A DNA stretch of 64,000 nucleotides from Alphaproteobacteria bacterium (GTDB lineage Bacteria; Pseudomonadota; Alphaproteobacteria; JAAXGF01), in the NCBI GenBank assembly GCA_963555825.3, contig CAUVXB020000001.1, forward strand, positions 1,280,001-1,344,000. The letters run 5' to 3'. Shown piece by piece: positions 9,938-20,344 of this stretch (position 1 is its first letter; the number at the start of each line of letters is the position of its first letter). The position numbers and the translations under genes are program-made. The notes beneath the pieces were generated by a model. That model did no database searches. It was given only the letters and a program-made list of their open reading frames with translations, and was not told the origin of the DNA.

Positions 9938-11143
9938 CTAACCCGTGGCGGCTTGGGGCGAGACGAGTTCTACCGGGTGGGCGGTCGCGCGGTAGTACTC
10001 CTCGGCCGCGGCGACGCCGCTGCCGGCCGCGACGTCGATGCCGAGATCGCGCATCGCCATTTCGGCGCCGGCCAGGCCGCTCAGCACCATCAGCTCGTTC
10101 AGGTCACCGAGGTGGCCGATGCGGAACACCTTGCCGGCGACCTTCGAGAGGCCGAGGCCGAGCGACAGGCCGTAGCGCAGGTAGGCGAGCTTGGCGACCG
10201 CGTTGCCGTCGAAGCCCTCGGGCACACGGATCGCGCTGACCGTGTCGGAATACCACTTCGGTTCTGCCGCGCAGAGCGTCAAGCCCCAGGCGTCGACCGC
10301 GCGGCGCACGCCCTCGGCCATCCGGTGGTGGCGCGCGAAGACGTTGTCGAGCCCTTCGCCGAGCAGCATGTCGACCGAGGCGCGCAGGCCGCGGATCAGC
10401 GACATCGGTGGCGTGTAGGGGAAGAAGCCGTCGCGATTGGTCCGGATCATGTCCTCGAAGTCGAAGTAGCAGCGCGGGCAGCGCGCGGTTTTACGCGCCT
10501 CGAGCGCCTTGTCGCTGGCGCACAGGATAGCGAGGCCGGCGGGCAGCATGAAGCCCTTCTGCGAGCCGGACACCGCGACGTCGACGCCCCATTCGTCCAT
10601 GCGAAAATCGATCGAGGCGATCGAGCTGACGCCGTCGACGAACATCATCGCCGGGTGGACGCTGGCGTCGAGCGCGGCGCGCACGCCGGCGACGTCGCTG
10701 GTCACGCCGGTCGCGGTCTCGTTGTGGCAGACCAGCACGGCCTTGATCGTATGATCGGAGTCGGCGGCCAGGCGCTCGGCGAAGATGTCGACCGGCACGC
10801 CCTCGCCCCATTCGACCTCGACCGTCTCGACCTCGATGCCGTGGCGCTGGCAGAGATCGACCCAGAGATGCGAGAACTGGCCGAACACGGCGGCCAACAC
10901 CTTGTCGCCGGGCGACAGCGTGTTGGTGATCGCGGCCTCCCAGCCGCCGGTGCCCGACGACGGGAACAGGAACACCTGGCCCCGGTCGGTCTTGAAGATC
11001 TGCCTGAGATCGGCGAACAGCGGCAGCGTGAAATCGGGCAGATCGGGCGCGCGCTGGTCCTCCATCGCGACGTCGATCGCCTGGCGAACGGCGTGCGGCA
11101 CGTTGGTCGGGCCGGGAATGAACAGAGGCGTGGTTCCGGGCAT
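9938..11143 (-). CDS. sgaA: Class V aminotransferase, serine--glyoxylate (or aspartate--glyoxylate) type
   Basis: PGPTN, HNETATG, DGVSS, GSQKG (PLP Lys) and FRIGHLG motifs; operon with mtkAB. Confidence 0.8.
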   Translation of the reverse strand: MPGTTPLFIPGPTNVPHAVRQAIDVAMEDQRAPDLPDFTLPLFADLRQIFKTDRGQVFLFPSSGTGGWEAAITNTLSPGDKVLAAVFGQFSHLWVDLCQRHGIEVETVEVEWGEGVPVDIFAERLAADSDHTIKAVLVCHNETATGVTSDVAGVRAALDASVHPAMMFVDGVSSIASIDFRMDEWGVDVAVSGSQKGFMLPAGLAILCASDKALEARKTARCPRCYFDFEDMIRTNRDGFFPYTPPMSLIRGLRASVDMLLGEGLDNVFARHHRMAEGVRRAVDAWGLTLCAAEPKWYSDTVSAIRVPEGFDGNAVAKLAYLRYGLSLGLGLSKVAGKVFRIGHLGDLNELMVLSGLAGAEMAMRDLGIDVAAGSGVAAAEEYYRATAHPVELVSPQAATG

Positions 11144-11190
11144 GGTACTCCCCCGCGAGATGTCGTTGCGTGTGGTCGGACGTGGCCGCC

Positions 11191-11367
11191 CTAGACGGTG
11201 CCGTAGACCTCTTCCTCGACCCGGCGCATGGCCGAGATGAAGTCATGGCCGCGGCGCGCCGGCGCGCCGGTGTCGGCGATGCGCAGCGTCCGGCTGCCCG
11301 CCGCGCCGGCCGGGCCGACCTCGAGCTGGACCAGGACGCGGGTATCGGAATCTTTCAGGATAGCCAT
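11191..11367 (-). CDS. 58-aa ORF with a SucD/MtkB-like N-terminus
   Basis: MAILKDSDTRVLVQ resembles [14 protein letters not shown]; preceded by a GAGGG RBS. Confidence 0.45.
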   Translation of the reverse strand: MAILKDSDTRVLVQLEVGPAGAAGSRTLRIADTGAPARRGHDFISAMRRVEEEVYGTV

Positions 11368-11534
11368 CGGTGAAACCCTCACGTTGTCGACGCGGTTGGT
11401 CCGGGCGCCGAAGCGGTGGGCGTCGATCACGCCGGTTCGGGAAATACGCGGGTCTCTATAACTTTTCCATAAGACAATACGCCCCGTCTTCCCGTAAACT
11501 GCACAAATCCTCATTACTGGCATAACATATTGTA

Positions 11535-12440
11535 ATGGTTAGTCTGCGCGCCAAACTGCCGCCGCCGAACAGCCTGGTAACCTTCGAGGCGGCCGCCCGC
11601 CACCGTAACTTCACCCGCGCGGCGGCCGAGCTCGGCGTCACGCAGGCGGCGGTGAGCCGCCAGATTCGCACGCTCGAGGACCACCTCGGTGTCGCCGTTT
11701 TCCGCCGCGCGCCGAAGGCCCTCCAGCTCACGCGCGAGGGCCTGCGGCTCTTCCAGGCGGTCACCATGGGGCTCGAACACATCGCGACGACGGCGGCCGA
11801 TATCCGCCGCGTGCGGTCCGACGCCGAGGTCACGGTCTCAACCAGCGTGACCTTCGCGTCCTATTGGCTGATGTCGCGCGTCGCCAAGTTCCGCGCCGCC
11901 TATCCCGACATCGAGCTGCGCCTGGTCGCCTCGGCGCCGGTCGCAAATCTGGCGGGTGCCGGCATCGACCTCGCGGTGCGCTACGGCGACGGCCGCTGGC
12001 CCGGCGTCGAGGCAACGCATCTGTTGGACAACGAGGTCTTCCCGGTCTGCGCGCCGCACTACCTCGAAGGCCGTCCGCCATTGACCGAGCCCGCCGACTT
12101 GCTCGGCGAGACGCTTCTGAACCTGGTCGAGTACGACCGCAACTGGGTGACCTGGGAGGCCTGGCTGCGCGAATTCGGCGTCATCGACAAGCCGGCGCGG
12201 CGCGGACCGCAATTCGACAACTACCTGATCCTGATCCAGGCGGCGCTGGGCGGCCAGGGCATCGCCCTTGGCGGCGGCCGGCTCGCCGACGACTTCTTGG
12301 CGTCGGGCGCCCTGGTGCGCCCGATCGCCGCGACGCTGCGCTCGGAACGCGGCTTCTACGTCGTCGTGCCGCGCGAGGCGCCGCTCAGCGAACCCGCCGC
12401 CCTGTTCCGCGACTGGGTGCTGGCGGAGGCGGCGGTCTGA
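11535..12440 (+). CDS. LysR-family regulator, GcvA type, divergent from sgaA-mtkAB
   Basis: LPP.N.L..FEAAARH..FT.AA.EL.VTQ.AVSRQI HTH. Confidence 0.92.
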   Translation: MVSLRAKLPPPNSLVTFEAAARHRNFTRAAAELGVTQAAVSRQIRTLEDHLGVAVFRRAPKALQLTREGLRLFQAVTMGLEHIATTAADIRRVRSDAEVTVSTSVTFASYWLMSRVAKFRAAYPDIELRLVASAPVANLAGAGIDLAVRYGDGRWPGVEATHLLDNEVFPVCAPHYLEGRPPLTEPADLLGETLLNLVEYDRNWVTWEAWLREFGVIDKPARRGPQFDNYLILIQAALGGQGIALGGGRLADDFLASGALVRPIAATLRSERGFYVVVPREAPLSEPAALFRDWVLAEAAV

Positions 12441-12510
12441 TCACGACGCCGCGGCTTCGCCCGCGTCGTAGAGCGCCTTGGCCTCGGTCGCGGTGACCGG
12501 CGCGCAGGTC

Positions 12511-12546
12511 GATGCCGATGCCGATGCCGATGCCGATGCCGATGCC
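12511..12546. repeat. (GATGCC)6 microsatellite
   Basis: Six perfect hexamer copies. Confidence 0.9.
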
Positions 12547-12861
12547 GGCACGCTTAAAGACATCCGCGATGCCGATCGTCAACCCGTGATCCCGGCCACG
12601 GCAGGCCGCAAACTCGACTCCGGATCCTATGTTTCATTCGATCACGTCCAATTATTGAACCTCCCACACACTCGATAGACCAAATGCATTTAAATTCGTA
12701 AACTACAATCGGCAAGGGCATCGAAAGACGCCCTTGCCGATTTTCACAGCTGCCACTGTTGCAGAGAATTGTTGCAGTAATTGTCAAAACTCTCGCTCGG
12801 TCCGCTCAATTGTCATTGTCGCATGCGCGCGCGATCGGGCTTCCAAAGACAGGGACTATTA

Positions 12862-13248
12862 ATGGACCCCAATCCCTCTACCGCCCCAGGCGTAAATACA
12901 ACCATAAAAGACAGTATTAAGTTTACTGAAAACGCCCTGCAGGTCATTAAGGCATTCCTAAAATCGAACGATATCGACGCTATATTAAAAACATATATTG
13001 CTTTCTGTGTCGTTATTATAATTGTCATTGTATTTATTATTGTACTTTGTGTCGTATTCGCCGTTTTAACCGCCTGTTGCGGCGTCCACTCCTATCCACG
13101 CTGGTGTTTCGCCACGATAATTTTGTTAGCTTCGGGATTGCTGAGGTTGGGCTTCCTCGTACTGGGACGTTCTGGTTCTACGGAAAACATGCTTCGAACA
13201 AAATACAACTTTCAAACGATATCCCATTCGCGGCGGAGGCAAGCATGA
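12862..13248 (+). CDS. AT-rich hypothetical membrane protein
   Basis: Two hydrophobic segments; ATGA overlap with the ParA-like gene. Confidence 0.5.
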   Translation: MDPNPSTAPGVNTTIKDSIKFTENALQVIKAFLKSNDIDAILKTYIAFCVVIIIVIVFIIVLCVVFAVLTACCGVHSYPRWCFATIILLASGLLRLGFLVLGRSGSTENMLRTKYNFQTISHSRRRQA

Positions 13249-14890
13249 CTGTGTCGACGAAGGACCCAGTTCCGTTTTGCATAGCTGTCGTGAGTGGCAA
13301 AGGCGGTGTCGGGAAAACAATGCTCGCATCGAATGTCGCTTGGGTGTGCGGCCAGCTTGACACTACATTGCTTATCGATCTCGATTTTCAGAACCAAGGT
13401 GCCACCGGACTATTCAAACCGCATTTTGATTTTTCCTCGGCCAACGCATTTTTGAACGTCTCAACGAGTACCGGTATTGATCTTGCCGATGTCACAATGA
13501 GGTGGTCCCAGAAAATCGGACAGGGAGCTAAGGTGTATTCCACCGGATAACGGAGGAATACGAGATGACGAATCGACGCCGGTTTACGGCGGAATTCAAG
13601 GCCCGGGTGGCGCTGGAAGCGCTGCGGGGCGACAAGACGATCCAGCAGATCGCGGCCAAGCACAAGGTGCATCCGAACCAGGTGAGCGCCTGGAAGCGCC
13701 AGGCGGTGGACGGTCTGGGCGAAGTGTTTTCGAACGGCGCCAACCGCGCTTGCCGGGATCATGAATCCGAGGTCCGCGACCTTCACGCCAAGATCGGCGA
13801 GCTGACGGTGGAACGGGATTTTTTAGCCAGAGGGCTCAAGCGATGAGCCGGGGGGAGCGCAAGGCGATGATCACACGCGACGCCCCCGAGCTGAGCTTGA
13901 GCCGTCAATGCCGCCTGCTTTCGATCGGCCGGTCCTCGTTCTATTATGCGCCCAGGGGGGAGAGCCCTTCGAGTCTGGCGCTGATGCGTCGGATCGACGA
14001 GTTGTTCATGAAGTACCCGTTCTACGGCAGCCGCCAGATGGTCCGCCAGTTGCGGCGGGACGGCGTTTGCGTCGGCCGTCACCGGGTTCGCAGGTTGATG
14101 CGATTGATAGGCCTGGAGGCGATCTATCAGGCGCCGAGAACCAGCGTGCCGCATCCCATGCACCGGATTTATCCTTATCTTCTCAAAGGGATGGCTATCG
14201 ACCAGCCCAATCGGGTCTGGTGCGCCGACATCACCTATATCCCCGTCCAGCGTGGCTTTCTGTACCTGGTAGCGATCATGGACTGGGCGACGCGCCACGT
14301 TTTATCCTGGCGGCTGTCGAACACCATGGACGCTGGATTCTGCGCCGAGGCCTTGGGCGACGCGCTGGCCCGCTACGGCCAGCCGGAGATATTCAATACG
14401 GATCAGGGCAGCCAGTTCACCAGCCTCGACTTCACCGGCGTGCTCAAGAACGCGAGCATCCGCATCTCCATGGACGGTCGGGGCCGCTGCATGGACAACA
14501 TCTTCATCGAGCGCCTGTGGCGGTCTCTCAAGTATGAGGCGGTCTACCTACACGAGCTCACCGACGGCTTCCACGCCGAACGGGTCATCGGCGAGTGGAT
14601 CGGCTTCTACAACACCGAGCGGCCCCATTCGTCCCTCGACGGTCAAACGCCGGCCGAGGCCTACGGGGCCGGTCAACCTGTGGATATGATGGACAAGGCT
14701 CGCGCCTTGCCCACATCCCCACAGGCTCAACAACAGCAACAGGATGTGATAAAAAGGATTTTGGCAGCATGATCAAACAACGGAATACACCTTAACCGCG
14801 CTGCCAAACTGTCCAACAAAGTGGGACCACCTCACAATGGTGGATGATAACCTGTATTTTTTGCCCGCCGTGAGTTGGCGCGACCTAAAG
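13245..14890 (+). pseudogene. ParA/MinD-family ATPase interrupted by two IS3 elements
   Basis: SGKGGVGKT deviant Walker A and IDLD.Q motifs; frame resumes after IS3 as MVDDNLYFLPA before the second IS3. Confidence 0.75.
13498..14834 (+). mobile_element. IS3-family IS (orfA 13565-13846, orfB 13843-14772)
   Basis: TIRs TGAGGTGGTCCC.../...GGGACCACCTCA; 3-bp TSD CAA; W..DITY, NTDQG.QF and DN...E DDE motifs. Confidence 0.95.
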
Positions 14891-16198
14891 TGCGCCCCGT
14901 TGTCCAGACCATTATGCGGCCTGTTTAAGATAATTTTTGTCTCCTGATTGCTGTTGTTGCGCCTGTGGGGATGTGGGTAAGCCGTCAGGCTTATCCATCA
15001 TATCCACGGGCCGGTGGCCGCCTTCGAAATAAACCTCGTCGGGCGTATTGTAATCCAGCGACTGGTGCGGTCTCTGGCTGTTGTAGAAGTCGATGTAGGC
15101 GCCGATGCAGCGCCGCGCCTCGGGCAGGCTCTCATAGACCCGGAGATAGACTTCCTCGTATTTGATCGAGCGCCAGAAGCGCTCAATGAAGATGTTGTCC
15201 AGGCAACGCCCTTTGCCGTCCATGGAAACCCGAATGCCGCAGTCCTCCAGCGCCGATACCCAGTCCTTGGCCGTGAACTGCGCCCCCTGGTCCGAGTTGA
15301 CGATGTCCGCAACCCCTTGGGCAAGCGCATCCTCCAGCGCCTCGAGACAGAACGTCCGGCTCATCGAGTTGGACAGGCGCCAGCCCATGATCCGGCGGCT
15401 GTAAACATCGATCAGCGCCACCAAATAAGCGAAGCCCACCGGCAACTTGATGTAAGTGATGTCCACCTGCCAGACCTGACCGGGGCGGACAATGTCCAGA
15501 TCCTGCAGAAGATAAGGATGGACAACGTGGTCCCGCCCCGGGCGGCTGGTCTTGGGCGTGGCGTACAACGCCGCGATCCCCATCGCCTTCATCAGGCGGC
15601 GCACCCGCTTGTGGTTGACGACATGGCCGGCGCGGCGCAAGACCTCGGCGATCTTGCGGTAGCCGTAGAACGGACGGGCCTCCCAGATGTCCCGGATGCG
15701 GTTCATCATGTCGACCTCGTCATCCGTCCCGGAACGCCGCCGGTAGTACACCGTGCTGCGGTTGATATCCAAAAGGGCGCATTGGCGGCGCAGGCTCAAG
15801 TCGCCACCTTCGCGCCGGAGAAGTGCTTTTCTTTTGTCACGGCTCAGCTCTCCAATGCTTTTTTTAAGAAGTCGCGCTCCATCGTCAACTCGCCGATCTT
15901 CTCATGCAACTTGGCGATGGTCCGCTCATCCGCCGTCCCCGACCGGCGGCGCTTGTCGGCGAAAAGGCTCTTGCCCCCACATTCCAACTGGTCACGCCAC
16001 TTCTGGATCGCGCCAACCGAAACCGCATACTCCCGGCTCAGCTCCCCAAGCGTCCGGTCTCCCTTCAACGCCGCCAGCGCCACCTTGAATTTGAAACCTT
16101 CGCCATGCGTCTTGCGAACCCTCGTCATCCTTCAATCCTTCCCCGAAAGAAGGAGACAGACTTATCTTAAACCGTGGTCCGAAAAACGGGGCGCAGCA
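14891..16198 (-). mobile_element. Second, different IS3-family IS (orfA 15844-16128, orfB 14912-~15847)
   Basis: TIR core TGCGCCCCGTT at both ends; WQVDITY and NSDQG.QF motifs; no clear TSD. Confidence 0.92.
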
Positions 16199-16883
16199 TA
16201 ACCAACCAACGCACGATATAATTTTTGAGGAAGTTTTCGGTGGATCGTTTCATACGAAGTTGCAACAATTTTTGACGGAGAAACTTGCACAAACAAACAT
16301 CAATCGAAAAAATCCTGATGACGCCTAATTTCGTGCAAAACTTCCATAGCATTAATCTTCATTCGCCACTCACGCTTGCGCCGCCGGCGGTCGCCGACGG
16401 CACAATGCCTTTTTCGACGCCGTTTGCCAAGGCGATAAGCGGTAAAAACATACGTCACCGCTGCACCGCGCCGCAGCGGCTGGCGGAACTAGGGCCAGAA
16501 TTCAATCAGCCTGTTGATCGATCCGACCTACGCGACCGCGCGATGCGCGGCGATTGGAGAAATCGGGGGCTATCGGCCGCGGCCCTCGCGACAGTCTTGG
16601 CGTATTGGCTATAGCAAGTTTCAAAAAGCGATCAAATGCCCCCGCGACATCATCTCATCGAGTACGAGAGAATTCGTATCGACATAATTCGCTTTTGGAA
16701 TTGACGGCGAGTCGGACGGCCCCCATGTGCGGGAGGGCTGGCGCCGGTTCAACACGCTCACGATAGTACGGGCGCGCATTGATACGGGCCAGAAACCCCT
16801 ACCCCGAATTCGGCCCCTCGTCCAAAAGCGAACCCCGTTCCAAAGCAACCGTTTCAACGCAAAATTGGAAAAATTCATATGAA

Positions 16884-17096
16884 CCGACATTCCCCAGATG
16901 ACATCCAAATTCGCGGGCGTCGTACTACCGATCCACCGCCATGGGAACTCCGTACCCTTCGTAGCCCTCCGATGCGGCGACTTTGGCGGGCTGATCAAGT
17001 TCGGAACGCCATTTGGCAAAGTATTCCACCATCTCGACGCACCTCTCCCATCGTTTTCACCTCTCCGCTGATTTCCTCGGCCTACGCCGGAACGGG
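16884..17096 (-). mobile_element. IS1380 right-end remnant cut by IS21
   Basis: CCGACATTCCCCAGATGACATCCAAATTCGCGG and CCTCGGCCTACGCCGGA shared with 28386-28600. Confidence 0.75.
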
Positions 17097-19666
17097 TGTC
17101 AATGGCGGAGCAAAAAGGGACCACCTCGGCGGTGTAAGAAGGGACCGCTTGGCGGCTGCGGGCTTGTCCCCGTAGTCCACGGGAGGGCCCCGCGCGCGAC
17201 GCGGCGTGCCCTCAACAGGCTGACGCGGCGGCGCGCGCGGGAGGGACCTGTGGGCCCACGGGGTCAAGCGTGGGCTGGGTGGTCGGTTCAGTTAGCAGTC
17301 GGGGTTTGACGCCTGCGGCTCTGGTTGAGCCTGTAGCTGTCACCGTTCATCTCGAGGATGTTGACGTGGTGGGTGAGGCGATCGAGGAGCGCGCCGGTGA
17401 GGCGCTCGGAGCCGAACACCTCGGTCCATTCGTCGAAGGGCAGATTGGTGGTGACCAGGGTCGAGCCCCGCTCGTAGCGTTGGCTGAACACCTCGAACAA
17501 CAGCTCGGCGCCGGTCTTCGACAGCGGCACGAAGCCGAGTTCGTCGACGATCAGAAGCTTGTAGGTGGCGAGCTTCTTCTGGAACCTCAGCAGCTGCTTG
17601 TCATCGCGGGCCTCGATGAGTTCGTGGACCAGCGCGGCGGCGGTGATGAAGCCGACCGAGAGGCCCTTCTGGCAGGCCGCCAGGCCGAGACCGAGGGCGA
17701 TGTGGGTCTTGCCGGTCCCACTGTTGCCGAGCGCGATGAGGTTCTCGCGGCGCTCGATGTACTCGCAGCGGGCCAGCTCCAGGACCAGCGCCTTGTTGAG
17801 CGAGGGGATGACCTTGAAGTCGAAGCTGTCGAGGCTCTTGACCACGGGGAAGCGCGCCGCCTTGATGCGCCGCTCGACCATGCGGCGCTCGCGGTCGATC
17901 AGCTCGAGCTCGGCGAGTCTCAACAGGTAGCGGACGTGATCGACGCCTTCCGAGGCGCACTGCCGGGCGATCTTGTCGTACTCGCGCAGGAAGGTCGGCA
18001 GCTTCAGCGTCTTGAGGTGGTGGGCGAGCAGCACTTGCGGTGTGTCGGTCATGCGCCGAGCCCCGACAGCAGGCTCATGTACGACTTGGCGGACGTCATC
18101 GCGACCCGGGCGCGCGGCAGATACGGATAGACGTCGAGGTTGAGCCTGGGCGGCCGCCGCTCGATGCGGCACAGTACCAGGTGCTTCACCGCATCAAAGC
18201 CGATTGCGCCGAGCCGCAGGGCGTCGCCGACCGCACCCTCGACCTCCTCGAGCCGGAAGGTCTCCAGTAGACGGAGCACCTGGACGTACTCGCGCTTGCC
18301 TGCCTTGCCCATACGAGCTTCGAGGAGCCGCCGCAGAGTGATGAAGGCCTCGGGCAGGTCCCAGCCCGCCAATGGCGCGGCCTGGTCGAGGGCGCCGATC
18401 TTCTGCTCGATCAAGGGCAGGTAATGCAGCGGGTCGAAGATCAGGTCCTCGCTGTCGTAGGACCGGCGGTGCCGGGCGATCACCTCGGCCCCGCAGCTGA
18501 TCACCACCTCATCGACGTAGCCCCGGATGAGCACCTCACGGTGGCCGTAGGCCACGGGCACGGAATAGTCGTTGCTGCGGTAACGCACCAGCGACAGCGA
18601 ACTCGCCCGTCCAGGGCGCTTATCGCAGGCATCATAGGGAGCAGGCGGCAATGGCAAGAGAACTTGACGATCCCGCTCGAGACGCTCGCCGATGGTCTCC
18701 TTGTGGCCCCGCAGCCGCGCCGCCTGGCGCCGGCGGCACTGTTCGGCGAGAGCATCGTTGAGGGCCGCGAAGCTCTCGGCACGCGGGACGGGGACCAGGA
18801 AGTTCCGCCGGATGAAGCCGACCAGTCCCTCGACCTTGCCCTTGTCGTTGCCCTTGCCCGGCCGGCCGAACCTGTCCTCGAACAGATAGTGGGACTGAAG
18901 CTCCGTGAAGACGCGCGTTCGCTGCCGCTTCCCATCGCCCAGGATCCGGGCAACCGCCAGCTTGGTGTTGTCGTACAGGATGGATCGGGGGACGCCGCCG
19001 AAGAAGGCAAACGCCGCGTTGTGGCCATCGCAGAATGCTTCGGTCGTCTCCGCCGGATAGGCCGCAACAAAGCAACCATCACTGTGGGGAAGGTCGAAGG
19101 CAAGGAAGTGGATCTTCCGTAACGCGCCGCCGATCACCGCCATCGCTTCGCCGAAGTCCGCCTGGGCGTGACCGGGGGAATGGGAGAGTGGCACGAACAC
19201 CTCACGCGACCGAAGCCCCTGCTCACGAACGTAGTCCTTCACGATGGTGTAGCCGCCCGTGAAACCGTACTCGTCCCGGAGGCGGTCGAAGATGCGCTTC
19301 GCAGTGTGCCGTTGCTTGCGGTGGCTGGTCCGATCGTCTTCCAAGATCCGATCGATGATTCCCGTGAACGGACCCAGCTTTGGCCGCCTCGGCGGCGCGC
19401 TTCGGCGATACCCTGGCGGCACCGAGAACGACAGCATCTTACGGACCGTCTTGCGGTCTACACCAAACACCCGCGAGGCCTCGCGGGTGCTCATCCCCTC
19501 GACATGACACGCCCGCCGAACCCGTGCGTACAACTCCACCCGATACATCCCCCCCGCCTTCCAGTCAGAGCAACCCTGACAGAAGGCTATACGCGGTCCC
19601 ATTTTGGTCCGCCGCAGCCGGATCGACCGGCCGCTTCAGTGGGGGATTATTGCTCTGCCGTTCTCA
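17097..19666 (-). mobile_element. IS21-family IS, copy 1 (istA 18049-19548, istB 17288-18052)
   Basis: TG...CA ends; IstA Q.DFG/YDN/KGKVE; IstB GNSGTGKTH and LLIVDELG; inverted copy of 33053-35622; no TSD. Confidence 0.95.
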
Positions 19667-19687
19667 AGAGATAGGGACATCGCCATT

Positions 19688-19787
19688 ATCTCTGCAGGAA
19701 ACCGATGTCGGCGGTAGCTGATCTTGTTCATAACAGGAAGCTACTCGCCACGCGCAGCTGACACCAGCCAGTTACCGTGACAGCACC
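19688..19787 (-). mobile_element. IS6 left-end fragment
   Basis: Matches the first ~100 bp of the IS6 at 24019. Confidence 0.85.
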
Positions 19788-20310
19788 CGCCGAGGCGCTC
19801 TACCGCGCGCTGTTGGGCGCCAATGCGCGCAACATGGCGACCTTCGACCTCGCCTACCAGAACCACGTCGACGGCCAGATCGCCGACAACATCGGCTGGC
19901 TCGACTTCACCCACGCGATCACCTTCGCCAACGCACTGCGCCTCGAATGCACCAAGTTCCCCGAGCTGTGGCCTGCGGGATTGCTGCAGTTGGCCTGCTT
20001 CTCGGGCCGCAACGCCGCCTTTACCGACCCCAACATCGCGCTCGAGGACTGGCGCGTCACCGACGTCGACGCATTCTTCGACGCCTCGGTCGATAGCCTG
20101 TTCGACCACGGCCGCGACGAATACATCGTCTCGATCCATTTCGTGAAGACGCTGCTGGCGGCGCGCGACGAGGTCGTCTCGGGCGCGGCGGGCGAGGCGG
20201 CGGCCGACGTCGTCGCGGCGCTCAACCGGCTCCTGAATTCGCCGATCAAGCGCAAGCACGCCCGACGCACCGTGCACCAGGCGATGGCCTTCGTCGCGCT
20301 CGACGGCTGA
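19788..20310 (+). pseudogene. 3' remnant of a conserved protein, 5' end removed at the IS6 end
   Basis: GWLDFTHAITFANA and I.S.H.VKT motifs; begins exactly at the IS6 TIR. Confidence 0.6.
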
Positions 20311-20344
20311 CCCTTGGTATAATTGCCGTCGCCTGCCGCCGGCG

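Noticed and set aside
16199-16883. Possible gene or RNA between IS3 and the IS1380 remnant
   Set aside because: Only short ORFs without motifs; nothing can be supported by eye.
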